From positions 44,456,001-44,520,000 of the forward strand of contig NC_086108.1 of assembly GCF_963921235.1 (NCBI RefSeq): a DNA stretch of 64,000 nucleotides. The letters are read 5' to 3'. A program made the position numbers and the translations under genes. The notes beneath the pieces are model-generated. The model searched no databases. It saw only the letters and a list, made by a program, of their open reading frames with translations, and was not told the DNA's origin. This DNA comes from Mobula hypostoma. Lineage: Eukaryota. Every line of letters begins with the position of its first letter. The first letter of the stretch is position 1. Shown here one piece after another: positions 25,751 through 38,220 of the stretch.

Positions 25751-26629
25751 AGTTGCTTACACAGTTGTTGGTATTGGAACTCAGAGGATGTAGCAGAATC
25801 ATACAATCACCATGTTTAAGAGATGTTTAAACAGATATTTAAATAGACATGATGTGTAGGAATACAAGCCTATTGTGGGCTAATGAGATGGGTATAGATT
25901 AGCAGAAAGGTTGGCATGAAGATGGGCTAAAAGGTCCATTTCTCTGTGGTTCAATTCAAACTCTGACTCCACCTTGCCTGAGCAGACCATGGGCTTGAAG
26001 CTGCCAAGGTAAAAACGAAACAAAATCTCAGAAGATGTTTCTCCACAAATCTCAACATTTGGAAACAACTCAAATTCAGATAGATGATGGTCTAGATCTG
26101 ATTGTGACTTCTTGTTAAAGGCACCAGCTGAGCCCCCCTGGAAGCCAACACAAATGTATAATGGCATCTCCAACTGCCTTGTTTGCCACAACGTAGCAAT
26201 CTGTTGACTGCACAAGTTAGGTTCTATTTGCACAGACAGCAGGAAAACTGGTATGTGGTTTGAAACCATTGGTCACTAATTTTAGGGAAGGGATTTCTTC
26301 TTTATGGCTTTAAGAAAGCCCATGGAACCATCACAGATGGGGCAGAAGCTGCTTGAAGGTACAGGCAGATGGGTCGGTCGTATGAGAGGCAGGGAGTTCC
26401 TGCCATTTTTGCTGGGCTTCTGTATGTTCCCATCAAAGACACCAGAGGTTGTCATTGTTACCCAAGTCATTCCTTCTCCATTTTAGACCAATCATGGGAT
26501 TCCCACAAGTGAGCGAGACAGGCTTTGAGATCATCCATTTTTTTTTTCTGATCTCTTGTTGGAGCTGGTTTCGCAGAATGACCGCCGGTAACCAAAGGTG
26601 AGCTGTGTTCATTATTTGTATCAGTGATT

Positions 26630-27200
26630 TGGATTTAAGTGCACAGGGCTTGATTGGTAATTTTGCGGGTGACAGAGAGCCAAGGAGTGGTAGATAAGTG
26701 TGAGGTGAGGCATTTTGGGAACTCAAACCAGCGTAGGACTTGTCCTGTGAATGGTAGGGCACAAGGGGGTGTAAGGTAACAGGGAACCAGGAGTATAGCT
26801 GCATAGTTCTTTGAAAGTGGCATCACAGGTAGTAATGAAAAACGAGTTGAGCCCACAGGCTTTCATCAGCCCAGGGCATTGAACATAGGAGTTGAGACTT
26901 CATGTTGCAGTTGTACAAGTTGTTGTGAAGCAGCACTTGGAGTATTGTATACAGTTTTGGTCACTTTATTATAGGAAAGACATAGTTAAACTACAAGGAG
27001 TACAGAAAAGATTTATGAAGATGTTACCAGGACCAGAGGGCCTGAATTATAGGGAGAAATTGGCCAGGCTAGGAGAGTGAGGAGTAGCCTAACGGATTTA
27101 TAAAGTCATGAGGGGCACAGGTAAGGTGGATGGTTGCAGTCATTTTCCCCAGGGTAGGGGAATCCAAAACTAGGGGGCTTAGATATAAGGTGAGAGGTTG
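26630..27200 (+). mobile_element. CR1 LINE 3' fragment
   Basis: HLEYCIQFWSLYYRKDIVKLQGVQKRFMKMLPG..LNYREKL. Confidence 0.85.
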
Positions 27201-28350
27201 GTGATGAAACACCAATTCCTGCCTGAGAAGCGACTTGGATCCACTCCAATTTGCCTACCAGAGCAACAGATCCACAGCAGATGCCATCTCATTAGCTCTT
27301 CTCTCAACCCTGGAACAGCTGGACAGCAGAGATGCATATATCATGATGTTCTTTATTGATTACAGCTCAACATTCAATACCATCATTCATTCCAGACTAA
27401 TTAGTAAGTTCCAAGACCTTGGCCTCAATACTTGTGCAATTGGATCCTGGATTTCCTCTCTTGTAGACCTCAATCAGTTTGGATTGCCAACAACATCTCC
27501 AACATTTCCTCCACAATCTCCATCAGCACAGGTGTACCACAGGCTGTGTACTTAGCCACATGCTCTACTGGTTTTACACTTAATGACTGTGTGGCTAAGC
27601 ACAGCTCCAATGCCGTATTCAAGTTTGCTGACAACACCGCTGTCGGAGGTGGAGAGGGTCAGCAACTTTAAATTCCTCAGTAAATCAATCACAAACAAGA
27701 GAATATCTGCAGATTCTGGAAATCAAGCAACACACAAAATGCTGGAGGAACTCAGCAGGCCAGGCAGCATCTATGGAAAAGAGCACAGTCAATGTTTTGG
27801 GCCGAGACCTTTCATCAGGACAGTGCCTCTACTTCCTTAGGAGTTTGTGGAGATTCAGGGACATCTAAAACTTCGGCAAACTTATATAGATGTGTAGTGG
27901 AGAGTAATATTGACCACATCACAATCTGGTATGGAAACACCAAAGCTTTTGAACAGAAATTCCTACAAATAGCAGGTACGGCCCAGTCCATCACGGGTAA
28001 AGCTCTCCCAACCATTGAGCACATCTGCTTGAAATGCTGTCACAGGAAAGAGCATCCATCGTCAGGGTCCTGAACCAAAGGGGATAACTTCACTCAACCC
28101 CATCATCGAAATGTTTCACATCCAATAGACTTGCTTTCAAGGACTCTTCATCTCATGCTCTCTATTGCTTACTTGTTTATTATTTTTTTCTTTTTGTATT
28201 TGCGCAGTTTGTTGTCTTCTGCACTGTTATTAACTGCTGAAGTTGCATGATCTTTCATTGATTAAGTTATGGTTATTCTATAGATTTAGAGTATGCCCAC
28301 AAGAAAATGAATCTCGGGGTTGTATTTGGTGATTGTATATGTACTTTGAT
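27200..28350 (+). mobile_element. Rex/Babar LINE fragment, internally deleted, interrupted by a PLE terminus
   Basis: DPLQFAYQSNRSTADAI..FIDYSSTFNTII; KFADNT; 3' end tttatctcgaacttt. Confidence 0.88.
27690..27822 (-). mobile_element. Short Penelope-like 3' terminus with hammerhead remnant
   Basis: - strand GTC-CTGATGA-AAGGTCTCGGCCC-AAAA-CATT-GACTG followed by the conserved tail. Confidence 0.88.
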
Positions 28351-28714
28351 AATAAATTTATCTCGAACTTTAAGGCACATACGATAAAATCATTTAAGAT
28401 GCATATTGATAAGTTCATGGAGGGGTGGGGTTTAGAGGGATATGGGTTTTGCTGGATGGGCACTGTGGCTAGCATAGAATCATTGGGCTGAAGGGCCTGT
28501 ATCCGTGCTGCATTGCTCTGACTCTTAACTGAGCAGAGCTTTGTATTGTTTGCCTGCATTGGAAATTTAATGATGAGCGTATGAATAGTTTTTGATCTGT
28601 TCATTGGAGCTGATTAATGGTGATACTGGGATGTTGGCCTGGGAGAGATCATTGATATTGATAGGATTTGGATTCTGCAGAGATGAGCAGCTTTAATTTA
28701 CTGTATGTCAGTAT

Positions 28715-29140
28715 TCTTGATCTATCCTAGGACCAACACATTAATCCAATCACAAAGAAGGCATGCCAGTGGCTCTACTTCATTGGGAGTTTGTCAAAAT
28801 TTGATATGTCACCAAAGACAATTGCAAATGTCTATTGATATAATTGTACTGCATTTTAGTTGCATCACAGCCTGATAACGCAGGCTCTAGTACACAGATC
28901 ACAAAAGGCTGCACAGGGTTGTAGACTCAGCCAGATCCATCATGGGTGTAACCCACACCCATTTTTTTTCGAGGACATCTTCAAGAAGCAGTCCCTGAAG
29001 AAGCTGGCATCCATCAGTAAGAACCCATCTAAGACATGCCCTCTTCTAGTTACTGCCACCAGGGAGGAGGTACAGGAGCCTGAAGATCCACAGTTAATGA
29101 TTCAAAAATGGCTTCTTCCACTTTGTCATGAGATTACTGG
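28715..29140 (+). mobile_element. Rex/Babar LINE 3' fragment
   Basis: KKACQWLYFIGSL; ggaggaggtacaggagcctgaaga (GRRYRSLK). Confidence 0.7.
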
Positions 29141-30663
29141 ATGTAAAATTGTGAGAATGAGAGGAAATAGAAATAGACTCTATCTTCTCCTCCCCCCTCC
29201 CCCCCCCACACAGAACAACTGGACATGGTTTCTCCTTGAAATCTAAAATTCAATAACTCATTTTTACATGCAACTGATGAATTGCAAAGATAACATTAGT
29301 AATTTAAGCTTGACCATGTTTCAGAAATGTTATGTTGTGAAAGAAAAGGGGAATAAAATGATTGTTTATAATCTGACACTTCCACAAGGGCATTTTGATA
29401 TCCTTCCATTTTATGCTTGAATTCTTTAAGTTGTGTTGTGTCAGGGTGCTGTGGTAAAATGAATGAGCATGTCCTTGGAGAACAGTAACCAAAGTTCGAG
29501 CTTTTGGAGCTGACCATTAGAAAAGGGTAAGTATAACATCCAGTGTGCAAGTACTTGGTACTCAGAGTATACAAATAGATTTGAATAGCAGTGATTGCTC
29601 TTGAGGACATTCTTTGATTTGTCGTGATATGTGGCATATGCTGTGGTAAAGAGAGCATGGGCAAAACGGTTCCACACATTTCCTGATGAACAAGTTGTGG
29701 CATGAGAGGGTGATGTTATTGGGTTTGGCTACCTGGCATTTATTTTGTTGATGTGGCTTTTTTTTTCATCTAATGCCTCAGGCATTCTTTGTGAAAGAGC
29801 AAAATCAAAGTAACATCATGGTAAAATCTGTATGGGTTTGCTAGTTATGCACGAGGGTATTTGAGAAACTTGCTCGAGCTACTTTCATGAAAGAACATAT
29901 AAAGCATCAACGAGGCCGCCTGGTACATCAAGTGAGTGCAGATAGAAATGCTACAACTATGAATAGTGACATTGTTCTCTCCCACACATAGTTACATAAT
30001 ATTCCAGGAGAGTTAGAAAACCAGGGCTAACAGGTTGATCGAAGTCATTTACTGGAACCTCCTTCCTACCATTCCTCACATTCCTCATTTCTTGGTATTG
30101 AATGTATTGCAAAAGTTTATTGTTTTTGTCTGGGGAAAGATGGGAGTTTTAATGTGATTATACAGACTTCCGTTCATGTTGAATTGCATACTGTTCTGGA
30201 TTTGTGTATGTCTTAGTGGAGGACAAATGAAAATTAATTTGCTTGATGAAGAATTCCGAAAGGTCTACTAACGTACATTATGGATAATTCACACGCTTGA
30301 GACTTTTCAGGCTAGCAGATTTTATGGACTATAGGATGCTATTTCTATTAGTATTTCAATACATTTTAATTAATTTTTTTAGATATTACATAATATTATA
30401 ATTAAACTTAGCTGGTCCACTAGAAATTCGAGAAAGCTCAGGGCCCCAGATAGTGCAGAGTGCTGGAACTGAAGTCCCAGTGCATTAGGTTCACGGCAGA
30501 CATCAACTGTAGTCCAGATGATGAAACGTTGGAATTTGTGAATAATTGAATAGTGAATTATCAGCTTTATTTGGGGGTTCTGATTGGCAAAGTTTTCTTG
30601 GTCACCAGCTCTTGAAACAGTAGGTTAAATACTTACCCTGCATTGTTTGTTGTACTTGTAAGG

Positions 30664-30789
30664 TGAGGGTTTCAGCCTGAAACATCGACTGTACTCTTTT
30701 CCTAGATGCTGCCTGGCCTGCTGAGTTCCTCCAGCATTTTGTGTGTGTAGATGGGATTTCCAGCATCTGCAGATTTTCTCCTGTTTGTG
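30664..30789 (+). mobile_element. Short Penelope-like 3' terminus (starts in hammerhead stem II)
   Basis: gagggtttcagcctgaaacatcgactgtactc...tgctgagttcctccagca...ttccagcatctgcagattttctcctgtttgt. Confidence 0.88.
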
Positions 30790-30856
30790 TCTGGGTTTGA
30801 TGTTTTTGGTGGCAGTACGCTACTCTAACTGCTATTCAAACAAATGTTGAAATGAA

Positions 30857-31398
30857 AACAACAGGAATACTGCAGATGCTGGAAATTCGTGCAACACACA
30901 TCAAAGTTGCTGGTGAACAGAGTAGGCCAGGCAGCATCTCTAGGAAGAGGTACAGTCGACGTTTCAGGCCGAGACCCTTGTCAGGACTAACTGAAGGAAG
31001 AGTTAGTAAGAGATTTGAAAGTGGGAGGGGGAGGGGGAGATCCAAAATGATAGGAGAAGACAGGAGGGGGAGGGATGGAGCCAAGAGCTGGACAGGTGAT
31101 TGGCAAAGGGGATATGAGAGGATTATGGACAGAAGGCCCGGGGAGAAAGACAAGGGGGGGGGGAAACCCAGAGGATGGGCAAGGGGTATAGTCTGAGGGA
31201 CAGAGGGAGAAGAAGGAGAGTGAGAGAAAGAATGTGTGTATAAAAATAAATAACAGATGGGGTATGAGGGGGAGGTGGGGCATTAGTGGAAGTTAGAGAA
31301 GTCGATGTTCATGCCATCAGGTTGGAGGCTACTCAGATGGAATATAAGGTGTTGTTCCTCCAACCTGAGTGTGGCTTCATCTTTACAGTAGAGGGGGC
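30857..31398 (-). mobile_element. Penelope-like element 3' end: GIY-YIG C-terminus, pLTR and hammerhead remnant; 14-bp TSD
   Basis: - strand translates LYCKDEATLRLEEQHLIFHLSSLQPDGMNIDFSNFH*, the typical GIY-YIG end. AATGTTGAAATGAA at 30843-30856 and 31399-31412. Confidence 0.92.
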
Positions 31399-31952
31399 AA
31401 TGTTGAAATGAATACATTCGATCGGATTAAATTCAGAATATATTCAATGAGTGGAAGGAGAGATAGCAATCTGCAGAAGTACACCACAGTTTTAATGAGT
31501 CTCTCCTTGTGTTCTTGTCACATGCAGTCTGACCAGTTGAGACTTCTACCTCCAGTATCTGCTGCAATCTCTTGAAGACCAGTTAGTATTTAATGACTGA
31601 ATACTGCCTTTAATTTAGATATAAGTTGTATATGGATACATGCTTTGATATTAAATAAACCTTTGATAAGATTTCAAAGAAGACAAAAGAAAAATGATGC
31701 AGTAATTTTCTGTTTAGTTTCAATATTTTCCTAATTATAATAATTATGACTATGAGCTTGTGCAAAGGTGGGTTTGGATAGTTTGACTGCTGAAACAAGC
31801 AGCATTTCTTAGCTCTTTGTTGCCTCTAAACTGTGGAGGGCTATGTGACCCAGTCGGAGATTATTGCAGCTCTTGCAAGCCACTGGAGAGGAAGTAATGG
31901 GGGATGGGTAGCCTGGTGAAATGGAACACTCTAAAATTGCTTAGGTCTAGAG

Positions 31953-32031
31953 CAGGAGTTCCCAACCTGGGGTCCATGAACCCCTCTGTTAATGGAAGCA
32001 TCTATGGTATAAAGAAGGGTGAGAACCCCTG
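31953..32031. mobile_element. 79-bp hAT (Charlie-like) MITE
   Basis: TIRs CAGGAGTTCCCAACC / GGGTGAGAACCCCTG; 8-bp TSD GTCTAGAG / ATCTAGAG (NTCTAGAN preference). Confidence 0.85.
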
Positions 32032-33035
32032 ATCTAGAGTAAAATGAGTGATTAAAGAAGCTAGAGTTAACATTTTACTCAGATAAGAATGGAAGCTCAA
32101 AGGCAGCATTTAAAATAAATCTTCACCAGCAACTGCAATAAAAACAACTAGAAATCTGAAATACTTTTTTGCTATCCTCTGCTAAAGTTTCACTGGATAA
32201 CTAGGTTTATTGTCATAGTCCAAGACTTGAAGTTGTCTTTGCCAAAATGACTGGCTGTCAATCAGAATGGCAGTCAGCACACTACCATATCACCAGTTTT
32301 CCTGGGATATTACAGAAAGAAGCCAGCATAGAGACTTCCTCTACGTGAGTCGACAATACTGTGCTTTGACCTTGAGATAAGGATTATTTTGGCAAGGCTG
32401 TGCTTATTCTCTGTCCTTTGTTTGCTTTGATGGGCCTTGCATTATTTTACAGCTATTACAATCTGCTCTTTGAAAGATTTCAGATATAGGTTCAGGTTGG
32501 CAATTAACAAGAACTGGTGTGAGGTACCAGCAGAAACTGCTGGATATATCTTTACTGGTTACGATGGAACTGGACTTTCCACTCCATATCAGATCAACTG
32601 CATTAGGTCAGGGAACTCTTGATAATTTTCAGCAAAGCAGTCCTGGTAGAGAAGCCAAGAGTCTCTTCACTGCTGCTGATCGTGCTGGAGTTCAGAGCAA
32701 GCCAAATGCTGTGGACACTTTACTACTTCTGTTGGTTGGGAGTTGTCAAGTTGTGTGAGAGGTGCTGTTTGAGCAAAGTTATTCTTGAGGGGATTTTGAA
32801 ATTCTTCTTGAGGGGTGTTGTGTTTACAGTTCTTGGGGCAAGTTAGAGACAAAGGTAATCACATTCATTTGCAATCAGTGCTTGATGGCAGCAAGGATCC
32901 AAGTAGAGCAGATCCACAACCGTGGATTTCCTCAGGTCATCAGCCCTTGGAGTTGAGTACATATTGACTTCTCTGGTCCAATCAGTGGGTGTGCCTACCT
33001 TGTCCTAGTTGATGCCTATTCCAAATAGCCAAAAA

Positions 33036-33968
33036 TTAGCACGATGCTTTACAGTACCAGCAACCCGGGTTCGATTTCCTTTGCAGGGAAAAGAAAATCT
33101 GCAGATGCTGGAAATCCAAGCAACACACTCAAAATGCTGGAGGAACTCAGCAGGCCAGGCAGCATCTATGGAAAAGAGTACAGTTGATATTTTGGGCCGA
33201 GACTCTCCATCAGGACTGGAGAAGAAAAGGTGGGGGGTCAGATTTAGAAGGTGGGGGAGAGGGGAGAAATAAACACAAAGTGATAAGTGAAACCAGGAGG
33301 GGGAAGAGGTGAAGTAAAGGGCTGGGAAGTTGATTGCTATATCTGCGCTCCATCTGCCAGAACAAGCGGGATCTCCCAGTGGCCACCCATTTCAGTTCCA
33401 CTTCCCATTCCCATTCCAACATGTCAGTCGATGGCCTCCTCTACCGTCGTCAGGAGGCCACACTCAGGGCAGAGGTGCAACACCTTGTATTCTGTCCTTT
33501 TCTCTTCGTGGCCTGTATCTCTTTCACCAGCTTCCTAGCTCTTTACTTCACCCTTCACCTCTCTCTCCCCCCCTCCCCCCTTCCCGGTTTCACCTACCAC
33601 CTTGTGTTTCTCCATCCCCTCTCTCCACCTTCTAACTCTGACTTCTCATCTTTTCTTCTCCAATCCTGATAAAGGGTCTCAGCCCAAAACGTCGACTGTG
33701 CTCTTTTCCATAGATGCTGCCTGGCCTGCTGAGTTCCTTCAGCATTTTGTATGTGTTGCTTGGGTTCAATTCCTGCTGCTGACTATAAGGAGTCTGTACG
33801 TTCTCCTATGTCCATGTGGGTTTCCTCTGGGTGCTCCGGTTTCCTTCCACAGTCCAAAGATGTACTGCTCAGTAGATTAATGGGTCATTGTAAATTAACC
33901 TGTGATTAGGCAAGGATTAAATCGGGGGATCAAATGGCCAGAAGGGCCGTACCGTATCTCAATAAATA
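33036..33968 (+). mobile_element. tRNA-derived V-SINE-like element split by a PLE (parts about 33036-33080 and 33762-33968)
   Basis: B box GGGTTCGATTTCC; V-domain tgggtttcctctgggtgctccggtttccttccacagtccaaaga; tail gtatctcaataaata. Confidence 0.82.
33085..33763 (+). mobile_element. Penelope-like element with inverted 5' pLTR (33085-33335, -) and GIY-YIG end plus pLTR (33340-33763, +)
   Basis: LRSICQNKRDLPVATHFSSTSHSHSNMSVDGLLYRRQEATLRAEVQHLVF; hammerhead remnants at about 33181-33218 (-) and 33661-33698 (+). Confidence 0.9.
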
Positions 33969-35099
33969 TTATCTATGACGTCAACAACAGAGGCTATTAT
34001 ACAACATCTGCTGCAGATTTTTAGCTACTTTAAGAGGCCAGAAAAACATGTTTATGACAATGGCACGCAACTTAGGTCACAGGTTTGCTGCATTCTGCCA
34101 GAACAACAGAATTATCCACATTCACTCACCCCCATATCATCCACAGTCCAAAGGCCAAGCAGAGAGGTTTGTAGATACCTTCAAATGGTCACTTCTGAAA
34201 TCAAGGAGCTTCCACCAAGGCTGTCAACACATTTCTGCTCACATATTGAATTACACCGCATTCAGGCCTCGAGGAGAAGTCGCTGGCTGAAGTACTTCTG
34301 GGAAGAAAACTGCACACCGTGTTGGATGTAATGCTGCCACAGCATCCAACATCTTGGGCTGCAGATGGTCAGGTGCATAAAGGCGGCCACACAGACCTTG
34401 GTCAGTGGGTGAAGCCACGCAAGCCTGGAGCTGCAGCATGGGTCAGACAGTGTCGCAATGGACAACACTCCTGGGTACCAGGTCAGATTGGCCAACGAAC
34501 AGGGAAAGTGCTCTACGAAGTTATCATAGACAGACATCGCTGGCGTTGCCACATCAACCAGATGTGACCACTTGCTCCCAACGGTGTAACAAATTTGTCA
34601 GGCAGATGATCAGACACAGAACTGGACCTTCAACTCCTGGTTTGGTTCAATTTACCCTGACTGAAGCAACTACCAGCGTCAGCAGAGCTGCAAACAACAT
34701 CATGTCAAGAAAATGACAGCTTGCAACCACAAAGAAGGACTGATCTGTAGCGTGAGCCGGTCGTTCCAATTCAAAACAACCTCTGGCTCAAAATTTTCAA
34801 GAGGGAAATGTTACGGCAAGCCGGGACAACTAGCACCTGTTGGTCAGCTGACAGCCAATTCCAGGCTGACTTCCACAAATTGATTGTTGTTGTTCTAATC
34901 AACATCTTGAATGTTCTTTGGGTAAACTGTTTAAATGGTCATGCTTTAGGATGTACAGTGAGTTTTTTTTGAGTTTCTGATTTGTAATTGCATAGTTTTA
35001 CTGAATAAGAGAGTATTTTGAATTTGCTTCAGCTTTGTCCTATCTCCTGGTTTCGGGTCTCATCTGTTGTTATAGTTGAGAGAACATAACAGGCAAACT

Positions 35100-35495
35100 T
35101 TAGTATTCTCTGAAGTTGTGGAGCCTGAGAGGAGACCTGATAGAAGTTTGTTAAATTGGGAGGCGGAGGCATAGACAGTAGACAGCTGGCTTCTTTCTTC
35201 AGGGTGAAAATGTCTAATGCTACAAGGAATGAATGCATTTAAGGTAAGAGAGGAAAGTTCAAAAGAGGTGTGCGGGGCCAGTTATTATAATACTGGGTGC
35301 TGGAATATGCTGCCAGGGCAGGGTAGTGACAGATGCTTAAGAGGCTCTGAGATGGGTATGTTTGAATGGGGGGGGGGGGTGGTTGTGAAGAAGATATGGA
35401 CTATGTGTGCATGTAGAAGGTGTCATTAGATTAATGAGTTTGGCACTACATTATGGGCCAAAGGGCCTGTTTCTTTCAGGGATTGTTCTGTGTTC
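35100..35495 (+). mobile_element. CR1 3' end fragment
   Basis: ctgagaggagacctgatagaagt (LRGDLIEV); gggccaaagggcctgttt..tgttct tail. Confidence 0.7.
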
Positions 35496-37867
35496 TTTCC
35501 CTTACTCTGTTATTATTGTCCAGCAGGTGAAGCACAACTTGATGAAGCTAGAAACTAAGGATACAGTCATACTGAATGGTGAATTGTTAAGCTGGACTTG
35601 TGGCCTCTGAACTGGAGCTTGCTAAGACAGTTCAGAGTACTGCTAAGAATCAACCATGTCACAGTCACCAACCTAATGAAGATATCACATTTACTTGCCT
35701 GAAAGACAGATAATTTTAAACAGCAGCCCAATAGCTTCATGGTTACTTTTACTCTTGATATTTAATTAGTTGCAGGAATTTAAATTCCCAAGCTATTGCA
35801 GTGTGATTTGAACTTGTGTATCCATAGTCCAGCTTTAACTTGCTGGACTAGTGACTTAACCACAGACCTTGCATGGCCTGATCTGTATGTGGTTTACTCT
35901 CAATGAGAGTTTTCTCTGTCATGAGCAAAGCCTTGAATAAATTAGGGAAGATGTGCATGAAACATGGGTTCAGTAAACCAAGAAAATGCTAAATACTATA
36001 TATGATATTATCTGGTTCCATGGCTACTATTACATGTTGCATATAATAAATTATTTGGAGATGATAGAGCTGGTAAGAGATTTCAATTTTTTTTTGCCTT
36101 TGATCACAGTTCAGGAATATTTTGTTATAACTGTTTTAGGCTTTAGTACAATGTGAGCTTACCTACTTCTGAATAATTTTTACATGTATATAAAATATAG
36201 GAATTGCTTGTGGATTGCTGGAATGCAAATATTCCCATTATTTTCCACTCCCTACCCAAGAATAATCATCTTCCTACTACCCCTAACCACCTATTCTTTT
36301 TCGCTGGACTGTGTTCACTCTAGTATTGCTTCCAGTTTTTGATTTTTGTGAGGTGACTTCATCGCCTGATCTTGTTCCCAAGCTGCAGTTCGCTGAACTG
36401 TGGTAAATTTGAAGATCTGTTAGTATTTCTCTCTAGCCAATCCAAGTGGCTTGATACCATGGCTGTAGTCATTTACAAAGCTAAATCGCCAAGGCTGGAT
36501 AACTTAGAGTATATTTTGGCTTCAATGTGAATACATTTGCTTCAAGATTGGCTGGAAGATTGAAAGGAGTGCATTCTATTTTTAACCCTGCACGTTTTCT
36601 TGATTGCTGTATGTCTCCCTCTCCCATTCTAGAAACTATCCAATATTTATTTTCCCTAACTCCCTGAGCTCTTGATACAACCATGTACCTCTTATCATTT
36701 ACCATTTAATTTACTATATTCCTCTCTGACCCACCAACACCACTTTCCTGGATACCAGATGCAGAGAGCAATGAATTCTGGGGCGGGAGGGAGTGTCCCT
36801 GTTATCTATCAAGAAGGATGCTATCAAGCCAATTGAAACAACTGAAAGGCCAACTGAATTGAAGAATTCTCACAGCAAATGAGGAAAAAGAACTCAATTT
36901 TATTATATTTTAAGCATTTTGTAGAGTGTAAATTGAAGATGTCAATATGGAATTGAGGTAGCTGAAATCTAAGTATAAAATAATTTTAAAATGTTATTTT
37001 TAAATTACATAATGGAATTAAAATCCATGTGTAAATTTAGTTTTTATTAGGGCTGGGAAGTGGGGGGGTGGTGTGGGAGATGTTGAATTACTAATGGTGG
37101 CAGTTAAAACTTGCTTAGCCCTCTTGTAACAAAACAGGGTAGTTGGTAGATATCTGTGATTCCATCAACTAGATTTATGAAGATTTTATTGGAAATGATT
37201 GCAAAATGATGCGTACTCATGAAGGAGCTGAAAATCAGTGACCATAATTTCTGGATTTCTCCTTCCTAAACCCATTGTTGTATTTTTAATACTGTTGAAC
37301 AACAGTGAATGCTGAGGGCTTCATCATTATAGTTCCAAATTTGGATCATTAACTTGTTCTATTTGGTTTAGATCCACTCACTTAGAGGGAGTAAAATACC
37401 ATTCACGCTTTAAACGACACCCAAGTTATTTAAGATTTTATTTTTTTTAATAAAACCTAAAGTGGTTACAAATCAAATCCATTATTAACTAATGCACGAG
37501 TTAATGTTATGGATGTAAATCGCTAGAATTCTACAGGTAATTGATCTGAACAGAGCAGAATCAGAGTATGCAATGTATTTACAGCAGCCTATTTTTATAA
37601 AAAAATCAGCACTACTGACCAGTTTTACGGCTTCATTTAATAAAAAATCAATTGAGGGACAAATCTGTCTCCCAATTGTAAGATAACACTGTGTGCAAGT
37701 ATATTTTGTTTTTAGTTGGAGCAGTTAGCTTTCCCTTTTCAGCATGAAATATTAAGGTATTGTATGTCAGTAACTCAGTTAGAAACAATTTCAAAATATT
37801 TCAATACTGCTTCCCCTCTGCCATCAGATTCCTGAATGGCCCATGAGCACTACCACATCATATACAT

Positions 37868-38220
37868 GAGAAATTCTGGAAATCCCGAGCCACACACAAA
37901 ATGCTGGAGGAACTCAGCAGGCCAGGGAGCGTCTATGGAAAAGAGTACAGTCGATGTTTTGGGCCGAGACCCTTCTTCGGGACTGGAAAGGACGGGGGGT
38001 GGGGGAGACACCAGAATAAAAAGGTGGGGAGAGGGGACGGAGAATAGCCAAAAAGTGATAGGTGGAACCAGGGGGGTGGGCAATGTTAAGAAGTGCTGGA
38101 GGGGGAAAAAAAATCTGAGGACAATGGACCATGGGAGAGAGAGAAAGAGGAGGGGGCCCAGGGAGAAGTGATAGGCAGGTGAGGAGAGGTAAAAGGCCAG
38201 AGTGGGGGATAGAGGAAGAC
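37868..38220 (-). mobile_element. Penelope-like pLTR fragment with hammerhead remnant
   Basis: - strand CAGTC-CCGAAGA-AGGGTCTCGGCCC-AAAA-CATC-GACTG. Confidence 0.88.

Larger units (their letters stand above)
32860..35091 (+). mobile_element. Gypsy/Ty3 LTR retrotransposon 3' part (integrase, PPT, candidate 3' LTR 34809-35091), interrupted at about 33036-33968
   Basis: [52 protein letters not shown]; purine tract AAGAGGGAAA then TGTTA...TAACA. Confidence 0.85.

Noticed and set aside
25990..26480. Possible RTE C-terminal remnant (CPIC motif, - strand)
   Set aside because: Too degenerate to call.
32330..32860. Possible Gypsy gag remnant upstream of the integrase
   Set aside because: No convincing motif and no matching 5' LTR found.
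33036..33080. tRNA gene from the GGTTCGA B box
   Set aside because: No cloverleaf; it is a SINE head.
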